Of a DNA stretch of 64,000 nt, positions 43,572 to 56,328 are shown one piece after another. The notes beneath the pieces were generated by a model that saw nothing but the letters and a program-made list of their open reading frames with translations, was not told the origin of the DNA and searched no databases. The stretch comes from Octopus vulgaris. Its lineage: Eukaryota. The stretch spans positions 105,400,001-105,464,000 of the forward strand of contig OX597815.1 of the NCBI GenBank assembly GCA_951406725.2, given 5' to 3'. Both the position numbers and the translations under genes were made by a program. Positions within the stretch are counted from its first letter, which is position 1. Each line of letters begins with the position of its first letter.

Positions 43572-44947
43572 GGCTTTGTGTATAAAATTTATATAATATG
43601 CTCTCTCCGCAAAGGGAGACGAAATATCCCCTTTACTTGCCGCCTCCACACATCCACCTGATTAGTGTTGGAATGTTCATGCACGCTTAATATTTAATTT
43701 AGCTGTTGAACACTCGAATATATTCTCATCATTCCTTTCCTACTTTGGTAAAAATGGTATAAACAAGTGATAAATTCGAGTAATAGGCGGTAATTATCAT
43801 ACGATTGGTTGTTTCAAGTAACTTGTTTTAAGCTTCTGACTGGCTGATAATTAATGTTGCGATATATCTTGTTGTTGCAAAGAAGACCCCGAAATATTAT
43901 AATAAATTATTTACTTATTTACCCTATTTCTTAAGTTGTTTAAAATAATAGGGATGGTCTTAATGCGTATTAATTTGTATTGTATTAATTGGAATTTGTT
44001 TTTTTCTTTAAGGAATATGTAATTAGACTTCATGAATATTGATAATGTCTCATATGCATTGATGAAATTATAATTGGGTAATTTCTAAAGTATTGTTTAT
44101 TTTTTATTCTAATGTTTTTATTCATTGAACATTTCATTTGTAGATTTATGAATGAATATTTATTTTGTGCTTGTAATTATGTAAACATTGCTATTAAAAT
44201 TGTATCTTTGTGCATTAATTAGAAGATACTTTTTAATATAACTATCCTCAAAACATATGTTTCAGTTAATTTTGGTATGCTACAATTAACATAAGAATCC
44301 AGAATCTGAGGAAATATCTTCACAGCCAGCAAATAATCCAAAGAAAATGTAATACCTAAAAAAAGTAAGGAAATTAAAAATTCCAAGCTTTTCGGCTCGG
44401 GCAGTATGAAGGAAGAAAAATCCTCGCGATAATTCGTAGTTGCGTCTTTATACTATCAATAACACCGTGAATGTTTAATAAATAATGTATTTCTAAATCC
44501 GTATACAATCCCTGAATTATTACATGTAGTTTTATATATCAGAGTAAGCCTATCAACTTACATGAAAAATAAAGCGAGTAGTGGTTCTAGTTTCCGTCAT
44601 TTACATCAAATTAGCACTCATCAAGCAGACCTAAGTTCAAAGGTATCCCATATACCACAACCCAATCTCATTCTCTTTTTTTAAGCTGGTAAAATTCGAC
44701 TTGTGGGTGATTTTGTTCTTTTGAGCAGGTCAAGCAAGCGCGTAGACATTGGCACGGTGCCAGATTTACATGACAAGAAACATGTTTTCAAGAACTTTTA
44801 CAAATTAAGTAATAAAATTAAGTTTCACTTGAATTAGTAGAATGAAGTATTTTAAATTGAATTCAACAATATTTCAAATTTGACAATCATAGCTTTGTTG
44901 AAGATATAATGAAAATATAATTATACTACATAAGTAACACGGTATAA

Positions 44948-44985
<38 letters not shown>

Positions 44986-46235
44986 AAGCACAAATGAGTA
45001 ACAACAATCAATGGGTTGGTTTAACTACATATATAAATATAAAATTTCTGATTAAATATATTTATAGTATTATTACATCTGTAAAAAGCTAAGGGTGTGA
45101 TGTGCATTTGTACATGTGTTGTTATACGTATGTATGCAGGTGTATGCATATGAGTAAATATAGGCGTTATTTTTCGACAAATCTATGCATAAGATAAAAC
45201 AATTCGCCACCCCTTAGGGTTTTATGCACATGTACATTCGTACTAACTTCATATTTAAAGTTTTAAAATGCGAAATTAATTTGCCTTTTAGGATTTGTAT
45301 GAATTCACATAGGCTAGATGATTAATATTTGTAATTTTTTTCCTTTTATCGTTGTACAAACATACGTCAAGCATAGTACATTTGAGTAGGCGTTATGTAC
45401 TGTTAGATATGCTACAGATTTTCTAGACAGGCAACTCGACACAAATGTATTAGTATTGAATTTTCTTGCGACTGCAAGCTCCAACTTGTTTACATTCCCC
45501 AAGCATACAGGTTTTATGAATATTACATATTAAAATCGATTATCTATTTTAATTATATCGTCAGGAATAAAGTAGTATGATTTAGGCACTTGGTTGGAAA
45601 AACTTCCTCGGAATATAACGGATAGAAGGATTCTAAAAGCTATTTAACTTAGTAGTAAGTGGCTATAAAATTATTTCTAAAAGTCCGATGAACCTTTATT
45701 TTTGTGATTTAATTCTATTTGTGTAGATCTGGTCCCGGCACTACAAGTCACTGACCCGCTCATCTATTTCTTGTCTTTCCGCAGTTAGTCAAGCATGATG
45801 GGAGATACTTAGTAACAGAGCTGACGAAAAATCATATTGCTTGAATATTCACTTGACTTTATCCAATAGACCGACATATTAACCACTGATTTAATTCTAT
45901 CAAAACTTTTAGGAAGATTTAAATAGCTACCTGGCAATAATTTGGATAAATTAGTTAATTTCAAAGGTGACTTTATTTATCTCTGTAGCTTTTATAATCC
46001 AACAGAAATTTCTAAACCTGAAACTTGCTGAAACGATATTCTGTTAGTAGCAATAGCTTGCTAGTGTAAATATGAAAGTTATTCTCAAAGACAAATATCC
46101 TCAAATATTTGACAAATATTTCCAATCAGAGTGATCCGGGGAGAACCATTTAGAAACATTGCATATTGACCCATTCCATCGTAGCAGAATAAAACAGCAT
46201 GTTTTATAATAAATTGTATATAGAAATATTTAAAA

Positions 46236-46520
46236 AATGGCCCTCCGTCGGTTACGACGAGTAGGGTTCCAGTTGATCCGATCAACGGAACAGCCTACTC
46301 GTGTGTCCTAACGTAATTCTCAGGGAGATTCGGATTGACACAGAATGCGACAATACTAGCTTTTTGAATAACAAGTACAGCTCATTTTTGCCAGCTCCGT
46401 GGTCTGGCGTGACGTGAAATAAAGTGCTTTGCTCAAAGGCACAACGCGCAGTTGGGAATGGAACTGAAGACCTTCAGACCATGAGCCGAAAAAATCAACT
46501 GCTAAGCCATGCACCTTCAC
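46236..46520 (-). mobile_element. Diverged tRNA-derived CORE-like SINE, second family
   Basis: Reverse complement reads GCATGGCTTAGCAGTT...GTTCCATTCCC...TGTGCCTTTGAGCAAAGCACTTTATTTCAC. Confidence 0.6.
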
Positions 46521-49500
46521 TGTTGTGTACAGAAAATTATACAAGTGCATATTCTGTAGGAATAAAATTGATATTATGAATTTTAGAAGTAGTAGTCCAT
46601 TCATAACTTTAACGCCTTCCCTATTGTTGTCACCCAACCACATAGACCTTTCTCACATAGGCCAAACATAACCTAGAAATCTGACGGCAAGCTTCAGCTG
46701 CACTAACCTCAGAAACGATCTTCAACGACAAAATGACAACTTAATATTTTCACCAGTACACGAATTCAAAATAGTGATAGTATGTCAAGGAAAGAATATG
46801 GTATAAAATCATTTCGAAGAATAGGCAATACCTGAAAGTAATTACAAATTCAAGGTCATATAACCTCTTGCGTTTGCACAAACTGGAGTTTCTCATTTAG
46901 GCCAACAAAGATTTAATCTGCAAGTCCACTAAAACGCATAAAGACCCACATTTGAATGGTTCTTCTATATCAACCGCTACTAGCCTAAACTGTGCCTTAA
47001 AATTAGGCTCTTCGATTACTCGTCAGAGATTCAAACAGTCAGTATATGCATGTATATGTATAGCTGTGTTCATATATATATATATATATGTGAATGTGTA
47101 TGTATTTATAAAAGTATATCTATCAAAATACGTATATATGTATGCATATGTCTGTATATATGTATACATACATACATGCATGCATGCATACATACATACA
47201 TACATACATACATACATACATACATACATACATACATACATACATACATACATACATACCATACATATATATTGATAAGGAGAATGAAGAATTTGAACAT
47301 TCAAACTTTACGTTTATTTCCAGTTAGTTTATTCATAATTATTGTCCGATACGTGTTTCGATCGCACTAACTGCATATTATTGCATATTCGTATGCAGCG
47401 AACTTGCAATTTTAGTACGATAACTTCATGGTATATAAGTATGACATTATTCGAAGAGGAATTTTACTCAGCTATTAGTTTGTATTAGGCTTGATAGTAG
47501 TAGTAAAAGCATTACATTCTTCGATGAGATGATTTTCTCAACTGATTGTTTGGGTAAAATTCAGCAGCAGCAGCAGTGTTTGCATGTATATATGTCTTTA
47601 TATATCCCTGTATGTATATCAGGGTCCTAGCTATGGGTTAATTAGCATGTCATGGAATTTCACCTGGAAGAAAGGCACTCACAGACATCCTACTGGATTC
47701 AAGGCAGATGAGTCCCTTCATCTCTTTAGTTGTAACTCCAAGTAGATCTTGCTTTCTGATAACTACTGAGCTTGTAGCACTTGTTGCAACAGACCAATAT
47801 AAGCTTGAAGAACGAAAATGTCGGATTGGCTCTGCACGATCCACGCTACTATAATAATATTCACTGTGCTGTTTGTTCATCAAATCAAAACACCTGTAGC
47901 AACACTTTCACAGCTTCTTCGTAAGTTATGAAACTTATCAGAAGAGTTGACAAGAACAGGAGAAAGTGTCTTCAACTTTCACTCTGCACACAGGCAACCA
48001 TAAGGTGATGTTCGGATTTGGCAGTGTCCAGCTGAATTCTCACTTTTTGATTCGATGAGAATCCACAATGTAGGTATGTATGTAAGTATGTATATGTGTA
48101 TGTGTGCGCGAGCAGGCATTTGTATGTACGAACGTGTTTGTAAATCTACCGTAAATTAAATTAGATCTGTTGCTTTATAAAAAAAGTAACCGACAAGCGA
48201 CCCGCTCTCAATTTCAAAAGACGTTTGAAATAACACCCGTAATATCCGAACCAAAACTATGAACGTCACAACATCCATTTATCATTACTAATAAGAGTCT
48301 ATCATTGACTACAAAAGTTCAAGTAGAAAGTACAGTCGTTCAATTAATGACTTATAGTAGCTGTTATTTTGCTACAGTTACCCTTGATTAAACAAAATTA
48401 TATTCCATCTGTAACCATTTTCACTCTTATTCTCAAACACCATCATCGATCTACTCTCAAATGCCTTGTTCTTTACAATGATAACGACGACGATAGAGTG
48501 TGATCTGAGACAATTTTAACTGGTATTTCAAGCAGATTGAATGACCAAGAAGAAATTTTGTCACTGACTTGTAGTAGTTGTTGTTGAGATGTTGGTATTT
48601 AGTACCATTTCAATCGTAGTTGATGACAGCTACAATCAACAATATTCCAAAGCTGATTGGCCGATCTTTTTTCTATGTCTATTGTACCATATCTTCTTTA
48701 AGCTGGCAGGGTGTAATTTGAAGGGATGTCGGCTGTTGTTTTCTAAAGTGTCGAATAAACATGTGGAGTCACTTTGGTTGGTTCATAAATTAATGGTTGT
48801 TCTAACCGAGTCATGCACTTAGCTTTCTCATTTCATTACCAAATTCACGAATAAAAATTTTCTTTTGATTAAGCTTGAATAAATCCTATTCCGGCAGCCA
48901 TGATATCAATTTGTATGGTTTTTGAATTTGGAAATGTAATTGAATGAATAATTCTGGCACTGGTATTTTTAAATGAACATCAATTCACTTAATAAAATTT
49001 TATAATTTCAATAACGCATCTAGTTCTTCTTAACACGGTCTGAAAGATTCTAATGTTAGTAGCTGATCACTGTTGCTTTTCGTCATCGAAGAATACGGCC
49101 TCCCTTTAGATCATGTGTGCTCATTGCACACGCGATCCACTAGTATAGAGGGACTTCGAGACACAACGGTGTTTTGAGCATATTGTGTGTCACTTCACTT
49201 AAATTTACCCTCTGGACCGATGAATCTCACAAGAACAAGGGCTTTTGTTTACAGCAATCAAATAATTTGCTGGTGCATGCTGATGTCTGACAAAGAGATA
49301 ATGATTCAAGGGGTACAATTCTTGAACGGTAAAGAGGTACAATCCCAATAGTTATCAGGATGAAGGATTTTTACGGAGATACGTTCTCTTAGGTTAGTGT
49401 CTAAGAAATCTCATCTGACCTATGAGCGACCTTCTTCTAACAGCAATTATGCGACAAGCTAATTAATGCATAAATGGAATCCGGACAGGTGCTACTACTC

Positions 49501-50249
49501 CAGGACAGACTAACACGAGGAACAATAGTGGTTAAGCAGTGGTTCCACACTGCTCAAAACCCTGGAACTAAGAACCGGGGACCCACTACCGTATGCAATT
49601 TAAGGTCATATCTAGGGCATTTATACATGTATGTATACACATACACTCTCTCTCGCTCTCGCTCTCGCGCACGCGTGCATATATCTCCCCACACTCAAGA
49701 ACACACATTCACACACATGCACGCACTGATATGTATGCATGTATTCATGCGTGAATTTGAAAAAGGTTACATGTACCCATATATGCTATATACATATACA
49801 TACATACATATATACATACATGAATGCATGCATACATATATCTGTATGTATTTATGTCTGTCTGTTAGTATGTACGTATGATGAATGTTGGTAGATGACA
49901 ATATGTGGCCGTAATGGATGCAAGCAACATTGAATAAGACGAGTCTCCGTCATCAGGATAGAGAAGGTCTTACATTCCAGATCGTAATGCGGAGAAGTTC
50001 AAAGATGCAATTATTAAATGTGGAGAGCTAGCTGAATTACAGAGGGAAATAAGAAGATCGTTGGGGTTATGGAGAGTATTAAGGCTGGGAATAGTGAGAG
50101 GAGAATAGATAGTTTAGAAAGAGAATAGGTTTAATAATGAAAGTACTGAGGGAGGTGGTAGTAGAGATGGACAGCTAGGAGATGAATAAGAGTGGTAGGA
50201 TAGATCGTATTTGAACGGTAGTGAGTTGTGTTGTATTTGCATCTAGGTG

Positions 50250-50945
50250 TCAAAGTTTAGGGATAATAGCTATGTAATTAGATACTAACCTTTCAACCTC
50301 TAGAGATGCCCACATCATCATCCTCCTCAACTCCACTTTTGGCCGGCCCCCACCTTGAATATTGTTGCCCCACTGTGGTCTTCCCACACGAAGCAACTCA
50401 TTATGGAAGTGGAAGCACTCCAGGGGGTCAATAACAAGAAAAATAGACGGCATGACTGACATTTACTACTGGCGCCGACTAAAAAACTCAATCTCTACTC
50501 TCTCGAACGCCACTGGGAGCGCTACATCGTTTGTGTGATGTGGAAAATATTCCATCAATATTGCACAAATGGTGTTAGCATCAATTTTAAAATCCACCCA
50601 AGACTTGGTCCCCGTGCTATCCATCCACTACAAAAATCGAAATCAGGACACATTACGACACAACTATTTTACTTCAACCGGTCCAGCACTCTTGAATATT
50701 GTACCAAAATATGTCAAAACGGAAACGGATCCCATAAAATTCAAAAGTTTACTGGACAAATTTCTCCAAAAAATCCAGGACCAACATCCTATACTCGGTT
50801 ATGTCTCCAACAAAAATAACTCTTTGCTAGTGTGGGTCATGGTGTTCTATATATATCTAAAAGACTTCACCCGGTGGTGCTATTAACTTAGACATGGCCT
50901 GGGCCTATACTGGCCGAAACTCATCAAAGTTATCAAAGTTATATA
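50250..50945 (+). mobile_element. CR1-clade LINE 3' fragment
   Basis: HLEYC..LWS, YWRRLK.LNLYSLER..ERY, FKSLLDKFLQKIQDQ; short TCAAAGTTA tandem tail. Confidence 0.85.
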
Positions 50946-51003
50946 TTTATACTTCAAAATTCATCCTCTGAAAGTGTCCAACGTTTGGTATCTCTCGTTT
51001 TGC

Positions 51004-51037
<34 letters not shown>

Positions 51038-51198
51038 CATAAGGGACGTTAGCCATCCGAATATGGCTAGGGACAGGGCAGGGCGGTGGGGGTGTTACTG
51101 ATGCATTTAGCCCCAGGCGATCATCAACGTCACCAGAAGGGCTGACGCCATCACGGCGTCCTCTAGCCTGCAAAGGGAGATCATTCCCCGAAGAAGCG

Positions 51199-51259
51199 GA
51201 TGCCACATACGGACCCAGATTTCAAGGTGTTTGCCTCTCGTCAACGTATGGTAGGCACC
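51199..51259 (-). ncRNA. Type I hammerhead ribozyme, U3 variant (copy 1)
   Basis: GGTGCC-TAC-CATACG-TTGACGA-GAGG(CAAACA)CCTT-GAAA-TCTGG-GTC-CGTATG-T-GGCATC. Confidence 0.7.
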
Positions 51260-51556
51260 GCCCCTCGACGAACGACACTCTGTGCAGGCTATCTATATAA
51301 AGATTTTCACAGTAAATACATTTACTGATGTACAAAATCTGTTCGACAGCAATAATAATTCTCTAAACGAGGTATATACAGTAACTGCTCCATAACATAA
51401 GGGACGTTAGCCATCCGAATATGGCTAGGGACAGGGCAGGGCGGTGGGGGTGTTACTGATGCATTTAGCCCCAGGCGATCATGAACGTCAACAGAAGGGC
51501 TGACGCCATCACGGCGTCCTCTAGCCTGCAAAGGGAGATCATTCCCCGAAGAAGCG

Positions 51557-51617
51557 GATGCCACATACGGACCCAGGTTTCAAAGTGTTTGCCTCTCGTC
51601 AACGTATGGTAGGCACC
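51557..51617 (-). ncRNA. Type I hammerhead ribozyme, U3 variant (copy 2)
   Basis: Same motif 358 bp along; its stem II substitution keeps pairing as G-U. Confidence 0.68.
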
Positions 51618-51853
51618 GCCCCTCGACGAACGACTCTCTGTGCAGGCTATCTATATAAAGATTTTCACAGTAAATACATTTACTGATGTAGAAAATCTGT
51701 TCGACAGCAATAATAATTCTCTAAACGAAGTATATACAGTAACTGCTCCATAACATAAGGGACGTTAGCCATCCGAATATGGCTAGGGACAGGGCAGGGC
51801 TGTGGGGGTGTTACTGATGCATTTAGCCCCAGGCGATCATCAACGTCACCAGA

Positions 51854-52188
51854 AGTAAATGTATTTACTGTGAAAATCTTTATATAGATAGCCTGCACAG
51901 AGAGTCGTTCGTAGAGGGGCGGTGCCTACCATACGTTGACGAGGGGCAAACACCTTGAAACCTGGGTCCGTATGTTGCATCCGCTTCTTCGGGGAATGAT
52001 CTCCCTTTGCAGGCTAGAGGACGCCGTGATGGCGTCAGCCTTTCTGGTGACGTTGATGATCGCCTGGGGCTAAATGCATCAGTAACACCCCCACCGCCCT
52101 GCCCTGTCCCTAGCCATATTCGGATGGCTAACGTCCCTTATGTTATGGAGCAGTTACTGTATATACCTCGTTTAGAGAATTATTATTG

Positions 52189-52190
<2 letters not shown>
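51854..52190 (+). repeat. Inverted near-complete copy of the 358-bp unit
   Basis: Reverse complement of the unit; ends at (TA)n 52190-52224. Confidence 0.95.
51921..51981 (+). ncRNA. Type I hammerhead ribozyme, U3 variant (inverted copy); predicted cleavage after C51968
   Basis: CATACG(51930-35) TTGACGA GGGG-CAAACA-CCTT GAAA CCTGG GTC CGTATG(51969-74). Confidence 0.7.
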
Positions 52191-52224
<34 letters not shown>

Positions 52225-52227
<3 letters not shown>

Positions 52228-52296
52228 AGGTGGTGCTATAAAGTTAGACATGCCCTGGGCCAATACTGGCCAAAACCTTTCTAAGTTATTCTAAGT

Positions 52297-52300
<4 letters not shown>
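52225..52300 (+). mobile_element. Short CR1 3'-UTR copy
   Basis: GGTGGTGCTAT..TTAGACATG.CCTGGGCC.ATACTGGCC plus tandem tail, similar to 50872-50945. Confidence 0.7.
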
Positions 52301-52328
<28 letters not shown>

Positions 52329-52449
52329 TGTATGTATGTATGTATGTATGTATGTATGCATGCATGCATGCATGCATGTATGTATGTATAATTGTGTATA
52401 TATATATATATATATATATTGACAGTTATCGCCATGCTAGAGACTTAGA

Positions 52450-52632
<183 letters not shown>

Positions 52633-53921
52633 ATATTTTGTATTTAATACCCAAACTATGATAGTTAAAATATTTAATATATTTATTTTATCTAATTGCT
52701 TTATCCCCATAATTGCCCCTATATTCGGCCAATCTGATCTCTCTTACAGCTATTCTTCTATTCTTTATCGGAGTCTAAGTATGAATCTTTTGAACACTAA
52801 GTGTCATCTGTACTGAGAATCTCTGGATCTAACCTGTGGCCTACATGTATGTCCATCTCCCTATCTAACACTATATGTATATAATGTTATGATTGCTGGT
52901 TTCTTAAGTATCTTCTGTAAGAAAAGGCAGCAAATTCATTATTCGTATGAACTAGTTGAAAAGAAATGCAATATTTTCAATATCTTCGAAATATATTTGG
53001 AAACGTTATGTATGAATTGAATTGTTCTAATTGAGTTGCTTTGTAAATGAGCTGTAATATATAATCTGACTGTCGTGTGAGCTGTGTATGCAATGGTATG
53101 CAGGAAGCAGAAATGGTAGATATCTGTGTGTAAAGATGGTGTATTGAATATACTTAGTACTTTTATATTACTAGTCTTAATTGCTCTGTATGATGCGGGT
53201 TTCTTCAGCCCATATACAGAAGACGAATAAAATGTAATATTTTTATATTTATGACGTCTTCGTGGGTATCAGAGATTCAAAAGAAACTGAATTTTGATAC
53301 TGTACTGTGATTTCTGCGACATGAATTTATTGTTTGTACTAAATAGATCGCCGCAGCAATTTCAGTGTTATTTTACACATCAACCCATCGTTTTCAGAGA
53401 AATATATTTGAAATATTTCTTTCTGAAATACATGATTGTGAAGACAAGAAACTATATTAGTTTTAATTTCCACAAAAACAGATGTGTTGCTTTGTAACAC
53501 AAGGAACATAATTTTTATTTATTCATTGTAACTCGATAATATGAATATTTAAATGTTTCTCATCGGATGATATTTTACATTGTAAGGGCAAAACTAACAT
53601 CTCTTATATAATAGAATTATTCTACTATGCAGCTAGGTTCCAGCTCCAGCCAACAGCTAACCACTGTTCATAATCAGAAGTGGTTACAAGCAACTTCCTA
53701 CATTTAATACTTGATTTCAGAAAGTGGGAAAACATTTCATATTGTTAAAATACAAAATACAGTATTTAACAACCAATCTGTTTGTAGAAATACTTAAAAT
53801 ATATGATATTCATTCGTAAACAAGTAACGTTTCTTGTAATGTATCATTTTGTATTTCTTCATTGTATTATTATAATTCATTTTCTATAAATAACAGCTAC
53901 GTGCTGTTATGTGTTTTTCAG

Positions 53922-53989
53922 GCGATATTCTAAATCCACTTCCAAGCCTGCATCAGTGCATTGAAGAAAATGTGAAGGATTTCGATGCA
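53922..53989 (+). CDS. Candidate 68-bp internal exon of an unidentified host gene
   Basis: Acceptor TGTGTTTTTCAG, donor GTAAGC, open frame (x)[22 protein letters not shown] in non-repetitive sequence. No homology recognised. Confidence 0.35.
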
Positions 53990-54030
53990 GTAAGCAACTA
54001 TTGATATAAATTATCATATTGCTACCCCAC

Positions 54031-54111
<81 letters not shown>

Positions 54112-54467
54112 GTGTGTGTGTATATATATATATGTGTGTATGTGTGTGTGTTGATATCTATATATGTATATATGTAACGAGAGTTTATGAAGTTTCGAAT
54201 GGAAAGAGATACCTCTTTCACAGGGGTGTATTTCAACCAAGCGTACACCGGTTTATCTCAATATCGTTTTATTTTCCTGGAATTTGTTAATTTGGGCTTG
54301 CATTAGTGTTTATTGATGGTTTTTCTTCGACATTAGTGTTTACCTCTTATAAAGTTCCAGTTGTCGTTACAGAAGTTTTAATCTATCCGATATAGGAGAA
54401 AAGAATTTAATAATAAAGCATAAAGAAAATGGAGAGTGTGGACACAGAAACTCAATTTATATATATA

Positions 54468-54876
54468 CTCATTTACTCATTTACATGTTTCAGTCATTTG
54501 ACTGCGGCCATGCTGGAGCACCGCCTTCAGTCGAGCAAATCCACCCCGGGACTTATTCTGTGTAAGCCCAGTACTTATTTTATCGGTCTCTTTTGCCGAA
54601 CCGCTAAGTGACGGGGACGTAAACACACCAGCATCGGTTGTCAAGCAATGCTAGGGGTACAAACACAGGCACACAAACACACAGATACATATATATATAT
54701 ATATACATATATACGACAGGCTTCTTTCAGTTTCCGTCTACTAAATCCACTCACAAGGCATTGGTCGGCCCGGGGCTATAGCAGAAGACACTTGCCCAAG
54801 ATGCCAGCCAGTGGGACTGAACCCGGTACCATGTGGTTGGTTAGCAAGCTACTTACCACACAGCCACTCCTGCGCC
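54468..54876 (-). mobile_element. Full-length CORE-like tRNA SINE
   Basis: Head GGCGCAGGAGTGGCTGTGTGG, CATCTTGGGCAAGTGTC, internal microsatellite, tail GCATGGCCGCAGTCAAATGACTGAAAC. Confidence 0.88.
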
Positions 54877-55099
54877 TATATATATATATATAAATTTCAT
54901 ACGCCTACATACGTTTCAATTCCCACCTTCATTCATATTTTGCAATTAAAATTGCATTATGAATTTAAAAGGTAAAAACTTATTCAGGACAAAATTGACA
55001 TATATTTATGTATATTCATTTACATCCTAATGGATGAAGAGTTCTTAACGTACTCAGGAACTCTCCATCCATATGGATCTAAATGAATATATATGAGTA

Positions 55100-56328
55100 T
55101 CAGGACATCCCATAAGTTCTGTCCGATTGTATAATGGAACATTATATTTATGCATTTGTGTACATTTAAACTAATTAAATGTTATTTTACAGAATAATAG
55201 AATTAAAATTTCTTTGATTAAAACCCTTTCTAACATGGAAGTATCTAAAGTGCATCTAAGGCGCATAATGCTTTATGAGTACAAAAAGGGAAACTCTGTA
55301 GCCGACGCGACTCGAGACAAATACTCAATTTATGGGAAAGAATACTTGACTGAAACAACTTGCAGAGGATGGTTTGCAAAATTCAGAAGTGGAGATCTCA
55401 GCCTTGGAGATGAAGATCGAACAGGACATTCTGTTGAGTTTGTTGATAAGCTCCTTGAGGCATTACTTGAAGAAAATCCTGCATTATCAGTTGAAGAATT
55501 CGCAATGAAGCTTAGTTCAAACCATACAACTATTTATCGTCATCTTCAGGTTCCTAAACTTGGGAAATGGGGGCCTCATGAATTGTCCGAAAAAAACCAC
55601 AAATCCCGAGTTGACATCTGCTCTTCTTTCCATTCTCGCGAACGAACTCTTTTCACCCTTTTTGGATAGACTTGTGACTGGTGACGAAAAATGGATCTTC
55701 TATTGAAATGTTAAACGTCGTAAACTGGCTTGGCAAAAGGGAAAAAGCTCAACCACAACCGAGAAGGGAACTTCATGGGGAAAAAGTTCTTCCCTCTATC
55801 TGATGGTATTGCAAAGAAGTAATTCACTTTGAGTTGTTACCACCTAATGCAAAAATCAACGCTCAAGTCTACTTTCAACAAATAGAGCGTTTGAACCAAG
55901 CTTTGAAGAAAAAAAGACCCGCTTTAGTGAATCGAAAAGGAGTGATGTTTCATCAGGATAATGCGCGACCCCACACTGCAAAGATTACATCACAGAAGAT
56001 TGAAGAGCTTGGGTGGGGAAAAATTCTTCATCCCCCTTATTCTCTCGACCTTGTTCCTTCAGACTACCATTTGTTTCGTAGTTTACAGAATCATTCGGGG
56101 GATATAACTTTCGCAAGCCAGGAGGAGGTCGAAACTGACATTTCAGAGTTCTTCGCTTTGAAACTAAAAGAGTTTTATATTGATGGGATTAAAAAGCTTG
56201 TCGATAGATGGAAGGAAATCATAGATAATCAGGGAAAGTACACTGATGATTAAATTTCAATTAAATATAACATTTGATAACTTGTTTTCTTTATTCAAAA
56301 TTCGGACAAAACTTGTGGGATGACCTGA
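55100..56328 (+). mobile_element. Full-length mariner (DD34D) with ~27-bp TIRs and TA flanks
   Basis: TCAGGACATCCCATAAGTTCTGTCCGA / TCGGACAAAACTTGTGGGATGACCTGA; TA at 55098-55099 and 56329-56330. Confidence 0.93.
55235..56253 (+). pseudogene. mariner transposase pseudogene
   Basis: WGPHEL, VTGDEKW, HQDNARPH...YSLDLVPSDY (34 residues between the Ds). Stops and frameshifts at ~55650-55810. Confidence 0.92.

Larger units (their letters stand above)
51034..51855 (-). repeat. 358-bp tandem repeat (2.3 units), retrozyme-like
   Basis: Unit starts ATAACATAAGGGACG at 51034, 51392 and 51750; copies differ at few positions. Confidence 0.95.

Noticed and set aside
43309-43596. Acidic poly-E/G/D protein
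   Set aside because: Pure trinucleotide array without supporting exon context.
47650-48073. Exon-like GC-balanced stretch ending at a GTATGT donor
   Set aside because: No clear acceptor, sustained frame or homology.
51322-51564. 80-aa ORF repeated in the 358-bp unit
   Set aside because: Non-ATG start, no recognisable domain, and repetition simply follows the tandem; RNA structure explains the sequence better.
51034-51855. CRISPR array, rDNA or snRNA tandem
   Set aside because: No spacers and no 5S, U-snRNA or tRNA signature that I recognise.
52047-52086. Second hammerhead in the unit (TTGATGA...TAAATGCATC) or a twister-like GTCCCTAGCC nearby
   Set aside because: TAAA replaces GAAA, stem I has two mismatches, the segment fits a simple hairpin, and twister pseudoknots could not be built.
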